DNA of 64,000 nt from positions 1-64,000 of the forward strand of contig NW_020845872.1 of NCBI RefSeq assembly GCF_003704095.1, written 5' to 3'. Made by a program: the position numbers and the translations under genes. This document shows positions 10,368 through 23,582 of the stretch, piece after piece (position 1 is the first letter of the stretch; each line of letters begins with the position of its first letter). The notes under the pieces are model-generated. The model saw nothing but the letters and a program-made list of their open reading frames with translations, searched no databases and was not told the origin of the DNA. This DNA comes from Pocillopora damicornis (Eukaryota).

Positions 10368-13300
10368 ATTTGTGACAAACTGAGCATGGAATAGTTACAT
10401 AATAACCATATGACGATGTGGTGGGACACTCGCTTAACCGCCTAATTAACGATGTCGGCGTCAGCTTCAGACAGTTATAGGAAAAAAATATTCTTCTTTT
10501 CTTTGTCTCCTGTTATTATCATTCAATTCAGTCATTTGGCGAAATACTGAAATAGTAATAAAAAAATAAGGACCACTGAAGTAAAAAATGAGCTGAAGCA
10601 AGGATTAGAGAACATCAACTATTTGAAAAAAGGTCTCGACTAAAAAACATTTCCCTTTTATTTTGGCTTTTTTTCTCTACTTTAAGGGGCGCATCGCATT
10701 GCACAGTGCCATGAAAAACAGGAAAAGATTTGTCTAATTGCCGTTATTTTTGTTTCTAGACAAAAATGCGACAAAAACAACGTTGTCGGCCCGTTCGACG
10801 ATTTCATGTCGGTCTCCTAAACAAACTGTGACGCACCACAGGTAGCCCATTCTCTGAATACGCACTTGCGTACTGTGCTGTAATGTTTGTTCTTACCTAA
10901 CAGTTGAAATTAAGAAATTTAAAAAAAGTATGAAGAGGTAAAAGCAGACGAACTTAAGTCTCCTTCTATTGCTTGAAATCAACCCAAAAACCACACCGAA
11001 GACAATAAAACTCAATATTGGAGCGAGTCAAGGGATGTTTAAATACAATCTGGCTGATGTTCTTACTGTTATGTAATAACTTGAAGATCGGACTGTTTCT
11101 CGTATATTGAGTTTGGTTTGCCTGTGAACTTTTCGCTCTGTGTCTTGTTTTATTCCAGTTTCTAAGCAATAACGGAATAAACAATGGCAAATAAGGTTAA
11201 AAGCTGTTAGATTCGGGAACGCCTTTCTTTCATCGCATCAATTTTTTTTTCTTAATTACCATCAATTTCAGTTTCTTTTTCGCGATGAAAAACACAAAGT
11301 TATTGATTGATGGATTCCTGATCATGAACATCTCTCTCAATTTTCAACCTTAAATTTACCAGAGAGTACAAGGTCGTACCAATCAAAGTATGTTTTCAAT
11401 AGCAGTTAGCTTTTTTTGAGTTATTTTTTATTTATGTAAAAAAAAAAAAAGAAGAAATTATGTGAGCTTGTAGGCTGGTACTTTGGTCGCACCAATCAGA
11501 TCGCCGCATCAGGGTACGCATCTCGCACCAATCATATCACAGCATTTGGATATCCTGCACCAATCACAGCGTATGGGTATTGCTTTCTTTCAAATGATGT
11601 CATGAAATCAGAGGCTGTGCACAAAGGATTTTGGGCTCTTCTGATGAGCGTAACGGTTTGTGGCCTTTGCGAGAGTCTCGTCAATTAAGGTCAAGATTTA
11701 TCGGGATATGAAAGTTAAAACCTGTTCAGTTTCCACTCCCTTACTCACACAGCACACGCCAAACAACTTACATTCCACTCGTACCATGAAGTTCAATCAG
11801 AACATACCCAATCATCGCACTGCTTGAACATTAGACAATTTTCACGTGCTTGAAATTTATTTCACCAATCAAATTTCATTTTGCCAGCTAATTGTAGACG
11901 AATAATTTTGATTTTTTCTCTGTTAGTGGAATGGTAGTTGGCGTAGTGGTTTTCGCAACCGATATTTCGTCCCGTCACGCAATGCACTCTCTCTCCAACG
12001 GGAAATGGATTTTATTTTTACTAATAAGTATTTAGACAATAGAGACAATAGACCCTGAAATACCTTTGTGAGTTCAGATAAATTAGGTTTTTTTTTTCTT
12101 TCTCCTAAGATGGAGTAATGCGATAATTTCGTTCTTATAAAAGTTATGCTCTTTTCCTGCTACAAAAATGAAACAAAGTGTCCCATCTTAACCCAGCCAA
12201 AAAAGGTAACTCTTGGATGCTACGCATGCCGATGTTTTCTATTGCTAGGCGACAATTAATAGATAACTTCCTGTATAATAAGGGTCTTAATGGACCTTGG
12301 TTAACCTTAACTCTATGTGGTTAACAGTGAAAGAACATAGCGGTAAGGGATAAAAATTGGCAAATCTTAACCGTTAGTCGTGAAAAAAAGTTTATCGCAA
12401 AATTTTTTCTGTTAACGGAAAGAAATTAGCCTTTAGCCATAAACTTGCCAAATTTTTACCCGTTGGCCGTAAAAGCCACCATCCCTCTGAGAGCCTCTAT
12501 GGTACGCCATAAAATATATTTTTGATAATTTTCAGGTGGCTTTGAATCATGTTTATAGATTTTTCAAAGCGAAACAGAAAGGCGCAGGCAAACACGTTTC
12601 CCCTAAGACATTTCATGAGAAAGTACATTAACACACAGGTAAAAAACACCCATGTACACTCACTATTACTGGGATCAAGTCAGGATGGTACTGAACAAAG
12701 CAATATTTGTATACAGCCCTAGGATATAGGATTTTGGATGAAATCTTGCGAATAGAGAGAAGGAGGTGGTTCCAAATAACAAAAATAACAGTGATGGTAA
12801 AGCAAGCTAAAACGGCAGAAATCGCCAGAAACTACAACGGACAGACGAGATTTAAGCAAGTTTTATTGATTTACTTGTAAAATATTGATATTTCAAAATA
12901 TTTATCGTTGTAAATCGACCATATTTCGTTCCCCATATTATTCCTTATATATTATAACGTGTTCAAATTTTCAACCGAGTCACACATGAATTAATCGTTG
13001 ACTTTTTCTCGAAACGTGAGCTTGGGCCGCCTGTGACGTAATCGATATGATCACGCCAGGCCACGCCAGGAGTAAGGGAATATCAATTAAACTTCCTAAA
13101 AGTTTGATACTAGAAGCTTGCTCTAAAATCTGATCAGCGAGTATAAGTCATAGTTTACTTTCGGTCGATGTTGAGGGGCACTTGGACACACTTAGGTATT
13201 TGGATTCCTTCGTAGAAACTAGTCTTTACTACGTCATTACGGGGCAATTCAAGCAACTGGTGGTAGGCTTAGCTTTGAAATGTACAATCGGTTCGAGCAT

Positions 13301-14285
13301 ACAGATAGCGGGCTGTAAGATATCTTTGAAAAAAGTTCCTCCCCATCAAAATTTTTGGATAGTAATGGCTTTTGAAGGCCCCCAGCCATCAGCCTAGGCT
13401 GAAAAACTATCTGAAAGAAAGATTCCATATGAATGGTGGTCGGCGATGTAATGGCGCTTTTCAAATGATTCGATAGGCTGGTCACATCTCTCAATTTCCC
13501 AGGAGTCATTCTTGTAGCCAAAGAGTTGCATAAGAATGTGGTTACAGTTTTAAAATAATTTGCAGGGTTCTGTGGTAGCTAAAGCGCGTTGTTAAGCGTG
13601 CCTGACGTCACATCCGGTATTTATTTATTTATTAGCGATATTTGTGCAGACGGGCCAAGTTCAGCTTAAACTTGTTTGAATGGGCGCCGGTTTTGGGGAT
13701 TTCCGGTCGTGAAAGTTGTGCTGAATGAGAACACGCGACTGCGTGTCCTCATTCTGTTTTATATGCGATTAGTGACTAATTGATTACTTAATTTTACAGC
13801 ATGTTATTGTGTAAAGAGAGTGACCTGCGATTGAGGAATGAGCACATGTTCCAATATGTATCTCTTTTTACTAATCCTGAAATGAGGTTAGCACAAACAA
13901 ACGCCTACGTTTGATGACGAATGAGGAAAGGGAACTGCTGCGGTTCTCACATCGCTTACGGCAATTATAGTTTTATCCGCGTGATTAAGAAATCACGTTT
14001 TTTTTCTCTATCGTTTGTATTGCTTGTCTCACTCATGTTCTGACCAAGCGTCTGCTATGCATTTGTTCAATTGCTAAAACTGCATAACATCAGTACGAAA
14101 TGATGGAAAATTGGTCGTGAAATTATTCGTAACTGACGTTAGATGAGCAGGTCATTATAACTGCGGTTCCGAGGTCACGTATCCGTTATGCTGTACTTTG
14201 TCCTTGTACCACGTGGTTCCTGTTTTTCACGTACGCTTCACATGATTGAACGTGATCCACCTAACGTGAGCATGCGTAGAGCATT

Positions 14286-14299
14286 GTTGTTATGACAAC
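14286..14299. promoter_or_regulatory. RFX X-box-like element upstream of PPIL6
   Basis: Near-palindrome GTTGTTATGACAAC, 33 bp before the ATG. Confidence 0.5.
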
Positions 14300-14331
14300 A
14301 ACGGCCCGGGGATCTCAGAATAACAAGGATA

Positions 14332-17300
14332 ATGGCGGACATACACACGATTTCTGTGGTCGGTCTCCTTAAAGATGCCGAATTTCACATGATTAAAGGA
14401 GCTGCAGAGGTATTATTGAGATTAAATGAGAATTTTTATGAAGGTTTTCAATAATAAAAGTATAATGCTCATGTATGATGTACTTTTTCATTTTATCACA
14501 ACAGCAACTTAGCCAGAGGGAACCCGATGTTTTCACCGAGCCTTACGTCCTGGGTTTGTTGGAGTGTGATTGGGATACGTTCATTCGAGATAAGAAGAAG
14601 GTAGGATAGAAAGAAGCAATTATGAATCTATTTAAATTAATGAACTGAAGATCTAGGGAAGACACCGAGATCACTCAGAAAAAATTGATTTCTCATGTAA
14701 GCTTGTTGTTTGGCGTCAATTGAAAAGTACGCTAACCTTATAAAAATTTCCAGCGTGACCTGTCGTTTATAAATAAATCAAAATTTCGAAGCTTTCAGGT
14801 ACGCTAGTGCCTTATTTTAAACCTCTTGAGTGTTTGGAAAGTATTATGGAAGAAACCAGTCTTGCAAGATTAGTTGATTTTGTTATGCATCTCAAATAAC
14901 CATGTTAGGTACAAGAGTACATTGTTTGTTGCATTTGTGATAAGACTTAACGTGTTCCAACCAAGAACAATTCATTAAGCTTACTTAATGTAAGCATAAA
15001 CCAGCGTGTTTGGTTAATATTTTTTATTTTTGGGTCGAATGATTTTGATGAATGGTTCTCCAATTCATTTTCCAAACACATGGCATTCGTCACTCATGAG
15101 TTCCTTTGAACAAAAACGATAAAGAGAGCAATTATTTTTTTTAAAAGCGATAACCTAAGATTTTATGGTTGGTTAGCGGAGTATGATTTGAAAGAAGTTT
15201 TCATCTGGTCAAAATTCACGTGATAGAGTTGAGACAAGCAGAGGCAAAATTCCATATTTCATTCCGAAACATAAGTTTCAGATGATAGGAAATACCATCG
15301 CTTAGTTTTCCCATTTAAATTGTACCATTTCCTTTCGTTTTGATAAATATGTGTATTTTTGAATAAGAACTTGTTCCAATTAGGTGAAAACATAATGTAT
15401 CATGAGGTTTGTGCTTAGGTTACAAAGAAAGCCAAAAATCATAAATCCTGTCAATTGGAGGATTCATCTTATAAGAGATGTAAAAAGTTCAATAGGTTTT
15501 CCCAGGATTGATTGTTTTCTCCATAAATGGTAACTGATTTACTTCTTTATGGTGTTTGATATTTCAAGTATTTTTTTTGGACTCTATATGCAAGACCAGT
15601 ATTTTAGCAGGAAAAAATTTTTCAAACTGTTGATTTGGACATTTCTGTTCTGTTAGCAAAAGGGATCCCCTTTTAACTGTTCATATGGGATGCTTGGGTG
15701 TAAAGCCCTGTTCAAACAGTTGCTTTAGTTGATGATAGTTTCAACTATAATGTGCGTTTGAACATGAACTATCATCAACTATCATGTAGTTCAAATTTGA
15801 CATGATAGTTGATGATAGTTTTAGCTGTTTGATTGAGTGGATTGATGTGAATTGGTAGGTTTTTGTTCAGCAAATTTTTTCAATGATTAAAGTAGCCATC
15901 AACACTTGGCAGAATGTCTCCTAGTTCACTCTTACTATCTCCTGGTAGGCTTGAGTATCTTTAACTTGCAACTTCTTGAGTAAAATCTCAAATGCTACCA
16001 AAATTGCTGACCTCAGGGCTTGCCATATTTGCATGATTTTGTCAACTAGCATCAACTTTCATGAATCGTTTGAATGCAAACATGATAGTCAATGATAATA
16101 AATGATAGTTGAAACTATAATCAACCATTATGACCATTTAAACCCAGCTTAAGATCAACAATGTAAAGGTTTTATTCCTGCTGACCTGTTTTGATTGTTT
16201 ATAAAATTATGAGAACATTTTCAGGTTCCATGCTCTTGATTTGAAAATGAAGATCATGGTATTTGGGCTGAAGAAAATGGTGGAAGTTAGGATCTCAGAA
16301 ATAAAGCATCTTGTTTGAGGAGGCCCCTAAATCTGTCTAAAGTATTTAAATGGAAAATTTAGCTTTCTGAAACAAAAATAATACAATAATAAGAACTTTA
16401 TTTATATAGCGCTTGTATTCTCTGCTCAAGGCACTTTACAATCATACAAAATCATACATTATTGATAAAAATTTACAAATTTACAACCATATCCTACTTT
16501 ATGATACTTAAACATAGCTAAAATTCATATACTGACTAAAAAAGAAAAAGAAAACTAAAGCCAGCCATATCTTCTTACAACTCATGTGCTTTTTGCTTCC
16601 TTTTTTCTTGCTTTTACTCGATACAGGGGCACTCAAATTGAATGTAGGTCTCTTTTTCTGAATCTGCTCTGTTTCTTTCATTGCTTAATTGAAAACTACT
16701 CATTTATTTTTTTTTTTTTCATTGTGATGTAATGCTCTCCAGTCAATCTACATTCTAGCATCAGAAATTATTAATTCTACAAATGGAAGATAAATGGAAA
16801 TTGCTGTCTCTCTTGCTAGGAAATGAGAAAAGAAGTTTGGGGCTTTCAAGAAAATGTCATTGTGTTTTTCGATGAAGAGTTGATTGGAGGACCTGACGAT
16901 TTTATAAAATGGGCCTTGGATACCCATGGATATAGAGAGTTCAGGTTTGTTATTTGAAAATATGTTGGTATCCCTTGTGTTTATTCTGTCATTAATCTTC
17001 GGTTTAACTAGACCTGGGATAACATAAAAATGTATTGCTTTTCATTTAATTTTAAGGGTAACTGTATGTTCTTTTACATTTAGCCAAATTACTGCAAGAA
17101 AGAATTTTTTCAGTGTGATATTTATTTTGTCTTTTTTTTTGCTAGGCCTCTTCCTTTATGGCATGCCATGGCTAAAGAAGCATACAAGGACCATCTACTT
17201 GCCACCAAGGTAACGTTGTGCATATTTATCTAAAGCTTTGATCACTCAAAACTTCAATTACTCATAAAATTTTGCTTTGACTGTATTCTTTTAGCATCAG

Positions 17301-19987
17301 TTTGTTTACTTGGACATAGCAGTGGGCCACCAAAAGATTGGACGACTGTTGATTGAGGTATCTGCATAGATATATCATCCAGATTTCTATTTTTTTGTTT
17401 GTCTGAAGTTTTTCCTGTCCAAGAGAGTTTCACATACATGCTCAGCGAGGAGGTATACTTGCTGCTCACAGGAAGAAGATTAGTTTCTTTATAACCTGGA
17501 ACTTGTTTCACAAAAGTCCTACTAGTTACTGGTTCTGAGAAAGGAGATATTTGTTTGTAGTGTTTACATTCAAGGTTGAGATATGGATACCTCTGAAATT
17601 TAAACTATAAAGATATCAGCAAATGAAACAGAGTAAGACGTACTCTTGTATTTCTTAATTTGAGAATTTGGAAGATGTCTCCCAGCCCTTAAGCTCATAT
17701 CTATCAAAAGGAAAAAGTGGGCTATTAATTAGGATGTGCCTGTGGGAGAGAGAGAGTTGAATAAAGTACAGACACAGCTTACATAGGGACAAGCAGAACA
17801 AAGACATATTATGAGCCCTTAATTCTAATGTACAGTTCCTTTTCAACAGTTGTTCTCTGAAAGACTACCTAGGACATGCGACAATTTTCGCGAGTTGTGT
17901 GTAGGAAGTCAGACGGAATCAGTGCGGCATGATCCTCCTCTGAAGCTGTGGTACAAGAACTCAATATTACACAGAATAGTTCCTAATGGCTGGATACAAG
18001 GCGGAGGTAATTGCAATAGAGCACATTTTACACTGTATGATAGTAATAGTAGGTACTAGAATGAGATACTCTTTAGTATATCGCAATATTCCATGTAATT
18101 ATGTTTATTTTTATGAACTGTGAACTCAAAGCTTGCATAGAAATTTCTGTTGAGCAGAAGCTTTAGAGAGTGAGTGGCTGAATCAGGTGGTAACTTAAGA
18201 TCAAATACTGTGAACTTTGAGGAATTGACAGCCTTAGGAAAAGCCATCAAAATAAAGAGAAGACTTATCTTTCAGTCAAATGTTTCTTGTCTAGTTTGTG
18301 AAACTGACCAGTCAACTTGCATAGATGTTGGTTGTAAGACTTCTCTAGCTTAAACTGATTATTGAAGAAGAAAGTTTTCCAAGAAATTGCTTGTGCCTTA
18401 GTTGATTTTCCATTGCTTTCAACTTTTCCGCTGTGCATTTTAAAACTCAGGGACACCTGCGTGCACCCTATTGCATCAAATCCTTGAAACTTTCTCCAAT
18501 CTTTCTGGCTTTGGTATTCTGTTTGAAGTTCTACTACATTGTAGATTATTGCGTTAGACCAATTAGTTATTCAGCACTGGCTGAAAGTTTTAAAACGTTT
18601 GATCCAGAATGCAGCTCCCCGAAGGTTCTCTTGGCCTTTCATAATTCAACTACGGCCAGAAGTTCTATTTACGTCTGAAAGCATTCAGATTGTTTGTGCA
18701 CCTAATTGAAAATCATTTTCTGTAGGAGTGTTGAGGAAAGATAACAATATTTATTTTGTGTTCTAGATATAGAAGGAGGAAAAGGAACCGGAGGAGAGTC
18801 AATATATGGGCCTCTTTTTGAAGGTAATTGTAGGGGGGTCGTGTTAGTGACGTAGGAAACTTTTTCACAACATATTAAGACTAAAATAAAAGTTTTTAGG
18901 GGTGGAGAAACATAAAAGAATATGGAATATACCAAATAGGATCGAAGATGGGTAAGAATGAAGATGATCGAAACGGATTATCCCATTAACAACTTAGTGA
19001 GAATAATAGCCATTTTATTGATTTCTTTAAGACGAAGAAGGGGAGGAGAGTGTGTAACGCAGGCTATACGCTTACACTTAACAAAGGTTTGTCTCGTCAT
19101 GCAATGTCAATCGACCAGTTAGAATGCTGCGTTCGTGTATACACACAGGAAATTCGAAATTCAATTTCTTGTGAAGAGGCACTCCTTGAGAGGCTCTCGC
19201 TGGTTCCCAACTCACTCGTGTGAAAGGACACGCAAAATCCACACATATGAGCCTGCTCGCTTGCTGTGAAGAAGGCAGTAAGAAGTCTTATAGGCGGCGG
19301 TGGACCGCTGGTAACAGTCTTGTTGTGAAACCCCTGCCTTATAGACATTCTTGTCTGTACATAGTTCTGTTTTTTGATACCCTTCCTTTATTTGTTGTCG
19401 TTTCTAGATGAGGACTTTTCCATACCGCATGGAAAGAGAGGTATTGTGGGTATGGCCAACAGGGGCCGGCATACAAATGGATCTCAGTTCTTTATCACGT
19501 TACAGCCCGCTCCTTGGATGGACACGAAATATGTTGCTTTCGGGTAAGAATCATAGCTCTATGTATTAAAACATGGAAAATCACTGCCCTTTTGCTTTTG
19601 TTAAATATTTCTAAAAAAAAAAAAATCAGAAAAATGAAAGCGTGACCTTGCAACCGCGTTACCAGACTCTTATCTAACCACACCTATCAACGAATGAGAG
19701 AGCGCTTTATGTATTAGATATCCTATAAATTGAACTCTAGAAGTCTGCATTTACTCTGTACTTTGGATTTCTAATGATAGAAGTCAAATGAAAATGAACA
19801 GTTTAAGTTAGCTGGGTAAAACTAACTTTGGGCCGCCGCTCTTATTCGTAGACAAGTAATTGAGGGTACAAGAGTTCTTGACGAACTGGAAAAACAAGAG
19901 ACGTTCAACGAACGGCCCAAGTCCACCTGTGTAATTGTGGATTGTGGAATATTCGATGTGGAACGCCTTTGGGACACCTCTAGATAG
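14332..19987 (+). CDS. PPIL6: Peptidyl-prolyl isomerase-like 6 (exons 14332-14409, 14505-14600, 16820-16944, 17146-17209, 17295-17357, 17850-18006, 18767-18823, 19408-19543, 19852-19987)
   Basis: The spliced model gives an N-terminal extension plus a cyclophilin domain: FVYLDIAVG..IGRLLIELF..PRTCDNF, HRIVPNGWIQGGD, GGESIYGPLFEDEDF, GMANRGRHTNGSQFFITL. NGWIQGG is typical of PPIL6. Confidence 0.92.
15701..16152. mobile_element. Degenerate Harbinger-like MITE in PPIL6 intron 2
   Basis: Imperfect terminal inverted repeats (TAAAGCCCTGTTCAAAC / ATTTAAACCCAGCTTAA) and internal inverted GATGATAGTT/AACTATCATC subrepeats. Confidence 0.5.
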
Positions 19988-21547
19988 ATAATTTACTTTG
20001 AAATCAAAGCAATCCTTAATTCACTCTGAATCACTTACAGCTGCTAGAAAAAGGCAGCTGCACAGATTACTTAGCTACATTAGTTCAGAGGTTGTTAGTG
20101 CAACAAAATTTCCAACAGAGTCATTATTTTGAAAGCAAAGGAACACGTGTTATTTAATTTTCATGAAATTCGAGCCTAGCACCTTATGGAAACCTTAATG
20201 TGCAATTTGGAATGTTAATGACTTGCACTGAATCTTTTCCTATTTTTCTGTTGCGTGTTTATAGGGATTACTGTAGGCAAAATTACTCAATGAGAAGTCG
20301 ACTGAAAACAACGTAGTCAACAGGTTATTACACATCATGCGACAACAATCGATTCTAATTATTTGTGTACTTGATATACATTTTTGAAGTGAAATTGTGA
20401 GTTATTTAAAGGGAACCGCGCGTACATATAGTTTGCCAAAGGCGAGTATGAAAAAAGGAAAATGTAATTTTTTTACGAAACTGTAACTTTTATTATAATT
20501 CATCTTCCTGTACTTTTTCACGGTCATTTCAAGAGGTTTCAATTGCAGAGAGGAATGAAAGATGTCTTTCTTACTTGTATTGTATTATAGTAACCCAACT
20601 ATATGATTTTAACTGATGCAGAATTATGTTTTGAAAGATTACGAATAAAGATCACTCTTGGACAGAAATACGTGTCAGCGAGTATCTATAAAAGTGGGAG
20701 GAGAGGTAAAGCAACTATGTTTCAAGTTAATTATACCTATGGATCGTTTTTCATCTAATTGGTTACCAGCTATGCGCAAACCTTTTGGAAAAAAAAAAAA
20801 AGAGAGAATTTACATGAGGAAAAAGTGCAAATCCCACAGCATTGAGTTGACGCACCAACATGGCCGCCATTTTATTGAATGCGTATTCGAAATTTTCGCT
20901 CGCATCCCTGCGGGCTGAAGGACTTGGCTTGGTTCACAACGTGGAATCAGGGCGTGTCACGTCAGGGAAAGGTTATTGGGAAACTCACGGGCGGAACAGG
21001 AGTGAGGGAAATTAAAACTCTCTGTGTTGGAGAAACACACCGAGCAAATTGTCGCCGGTCATGAAAGACATTGAACCAGTGAATCTCGATTTGACACCTT
21101 TCAAAGAACCTCAAGGGATTCGAGATTATCATGTCTCCCGCCCGCTCGGTGACTCTTTAGACTCGCCGAACCATCCGCTTTGAGGCGATGTGAGCCCGCG
21201 CTCTTACCCTGAAAGTTGAAAATNNNNNNNNNNNNNNNNNNNNNNNNNNNNNNNNNNNNNNNNNNNNNNNNNNNNNNNNNNNNNNNNNNNNNNNNNNNNN
21301 NNNNNNNNNNNNNNNNNNNNNNNCCAATCAGCTATTTTAATTGGGTCCTGGTCTTTCGTGAAAGTTCTAACAAAGGCATAAATTTTACGGGCGATTACCT
21401 TCATTTTGCCTCGCTTAATGAATAAACTCTCTCTGAACTTATTTCTTTACCATTGAATGCGTCTTTCATCACAGCTGGAGTATATCAAGGAATCTGCGTT
21501 CAAACCAATTCAATCAACTTATTTTAACTCAGGATCATCACATCGAC

Positions 21548-23582
21548 ATGTATAACGGATCAGAAACAACACCAGGGTTTTATCTTCTTGTAAGGGTGAG
21601 TGAACTTTCGATGATCAATTAAATTACAAGAAATATGTAAGCTAGTAAAACAAATATAGAACTGAATACTTATCACGTAATGAGCACACGAATGCAACTA
21701 TTTGTTTTAAATACCTCTCAAACCTTTAACTATTAGTTTTCGACGAGCCAGAAGTAGGTCCGAAAGAGTAGATAGCAATTAAGTTATTTCAGAACTTATG
21801 AAGTAGCTTTGTACTTTCTAGTAATAAATTTGTCACATGTACGCCAAAACATGCTCGAATCAAATGGAAACAAACATTGATCGTACATTTCAAACGTGTC
21901 GATTACCAGTAAAAATCCGTTTCGAGTTTGTCTCGCTGCATAAAACCCTGAGTCCTTTCGAGTGACACAATGGATCGAAATTAACGTAATCTTTTCATTA
22001 ATTACTGTCAAAAATGCCCCATGTAAGATAGAATCACTTCAGCAAAATGGTATCAAAGTAATAGGGATACATACATGGTTGATTGCAAAAAATCCTATCG
22101 ATAAAACCAATTTCGGCAAAAAGTTTTTCAATCAGATTGAAAAATTGTCTCTTTAAATTAGTGCATTTTGACAACTGATGCGATCAGCCAGGACCTCGTG
22201 GGAAATTTATCCATCTGAGTGCGCTATATTGTTTCTGTGCACGTATAGTCCAAGATGACGTCAATATAAGCAATCTCTGGAAATAAAACATCATGCCCAC
22301 GCTAAATACGGTATTAATTAAACACAAAATAACAATCGCTATAAACACTTCACGTTAATATCGCCAGTCTTTTCTAGATAAAGCTTGAGTGATCATGAAC
22401 TAACTCGGTGTAGAAATTCTCATCGAGACTATTGAAGGAGTCATAACAACTCTTAGATTGAAAATATCCCAGAACTCGCCGCCATTGAAGATTGGCATGG
22501 ATATCTGCTTCAAACATACAGCCATGTGGGCAGATCCCTAACAGCGAAACGAAAAGGTGATAAATCAATGATAGAAATTTTCAGGACAATGATAATTATT
22601 TGTATAAGCCGCAACTGTAAGTCATCGGGGTAGTGTATTTTTGCAAAGCTAACGGAATACTCGTCACTGGCCACAATCTTATATTTTCAAATCATGGGAG
22701 GGTTTAAGAGAATAATCCCTTTTAACCATGGGCGGTGGGGTAATCATCACAAGGTTCTCACTTCTTTCCTTTTCGCAGTCAGACATACTTTGAGAGGCAA
22801 ATGTGTCCAAACATCTGCTCACTTCAAGGAGCGCTGTGCACCTCATGCATCAATGCATTTCATTTTGTAGCGCAGCAAAGATTTCACCTCAGATACCTAT
22901 TCATTTCCAGGCTGCTGCGGACGAATCTTCCGTTGCGGCTTGTCCGCTGACCCACCAGGTTCGAATGATCTGCAAGCTGAAGAACATCGAGCCATTAATC
23001 ATGCCCTTCAACATCCAAAAGAAGTCCAAGGAGTTTCTTGAAATCAATTCTACTGGGAAAGTCCCTGTTCTTGTTCATCAGCTTAATCCAGACGAGGCCT
23101 TGGTTCTTGATGATCCTCTACTCATCGCCAAGTATCTGGAAGAAAGGTTCCCGAACCCGCCTATCAGAAGTAACAACAGAGAGGCTATTGTCGCTGGTAG
23201 CAATATCTTCCAAAAATTTTGCGCCCTCATCAAAAATAATGACCCCGCAAAAGATCCCGGTCTTCAAACAGCCCTGCTGAAGAAATTGGAGGAGTTGAAT
23301 TCCTTTCTGCTGGGCAGTGATAGTTCTTTTATGGAAAGTGATTCTTTGAGATTCTCCGACTGTAGCTTGTTACCCAAGCTCCTCCTCGTTCGCGTGGCTG
23401 CTAAAGAATTGAAGGGCCTGGAGATACCAGGGAAGTTCGAAGGAGTCTGGGACTATATTCATGCTGGCGAGAAACAAGTGGTGTTCCGGGACACGTGCCC
23501 GTCAGATGAGCTAATCAAAGAGCATTGGTCCAGGAAGTTTGCAACTGTGCCTTTGTTAGAGGGCTACGAAAGAAAACTTTAG
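21548..23582 (+). CDS. CLIC/GST-omega-fold protein, paralog 1 (exons 21548-21595, 22911-23582)
   Basis: MYNGSETTPGFYLLVR|AAADESSVAACPLTHQ.. GKVPVL, FSDCSLLPKL, FRDTCPSDELI. The intron falls at the usual CLIC 'LFVK|A' position. Confidence 0.85.

Noticed and set aside
22803-22910. N-termini given by the ORF track for the CLIC and TENT exons (also 25830-25892 and 62917-63022)
   Set aside because: These are intronic read-through upstream of clear splice acceptors.
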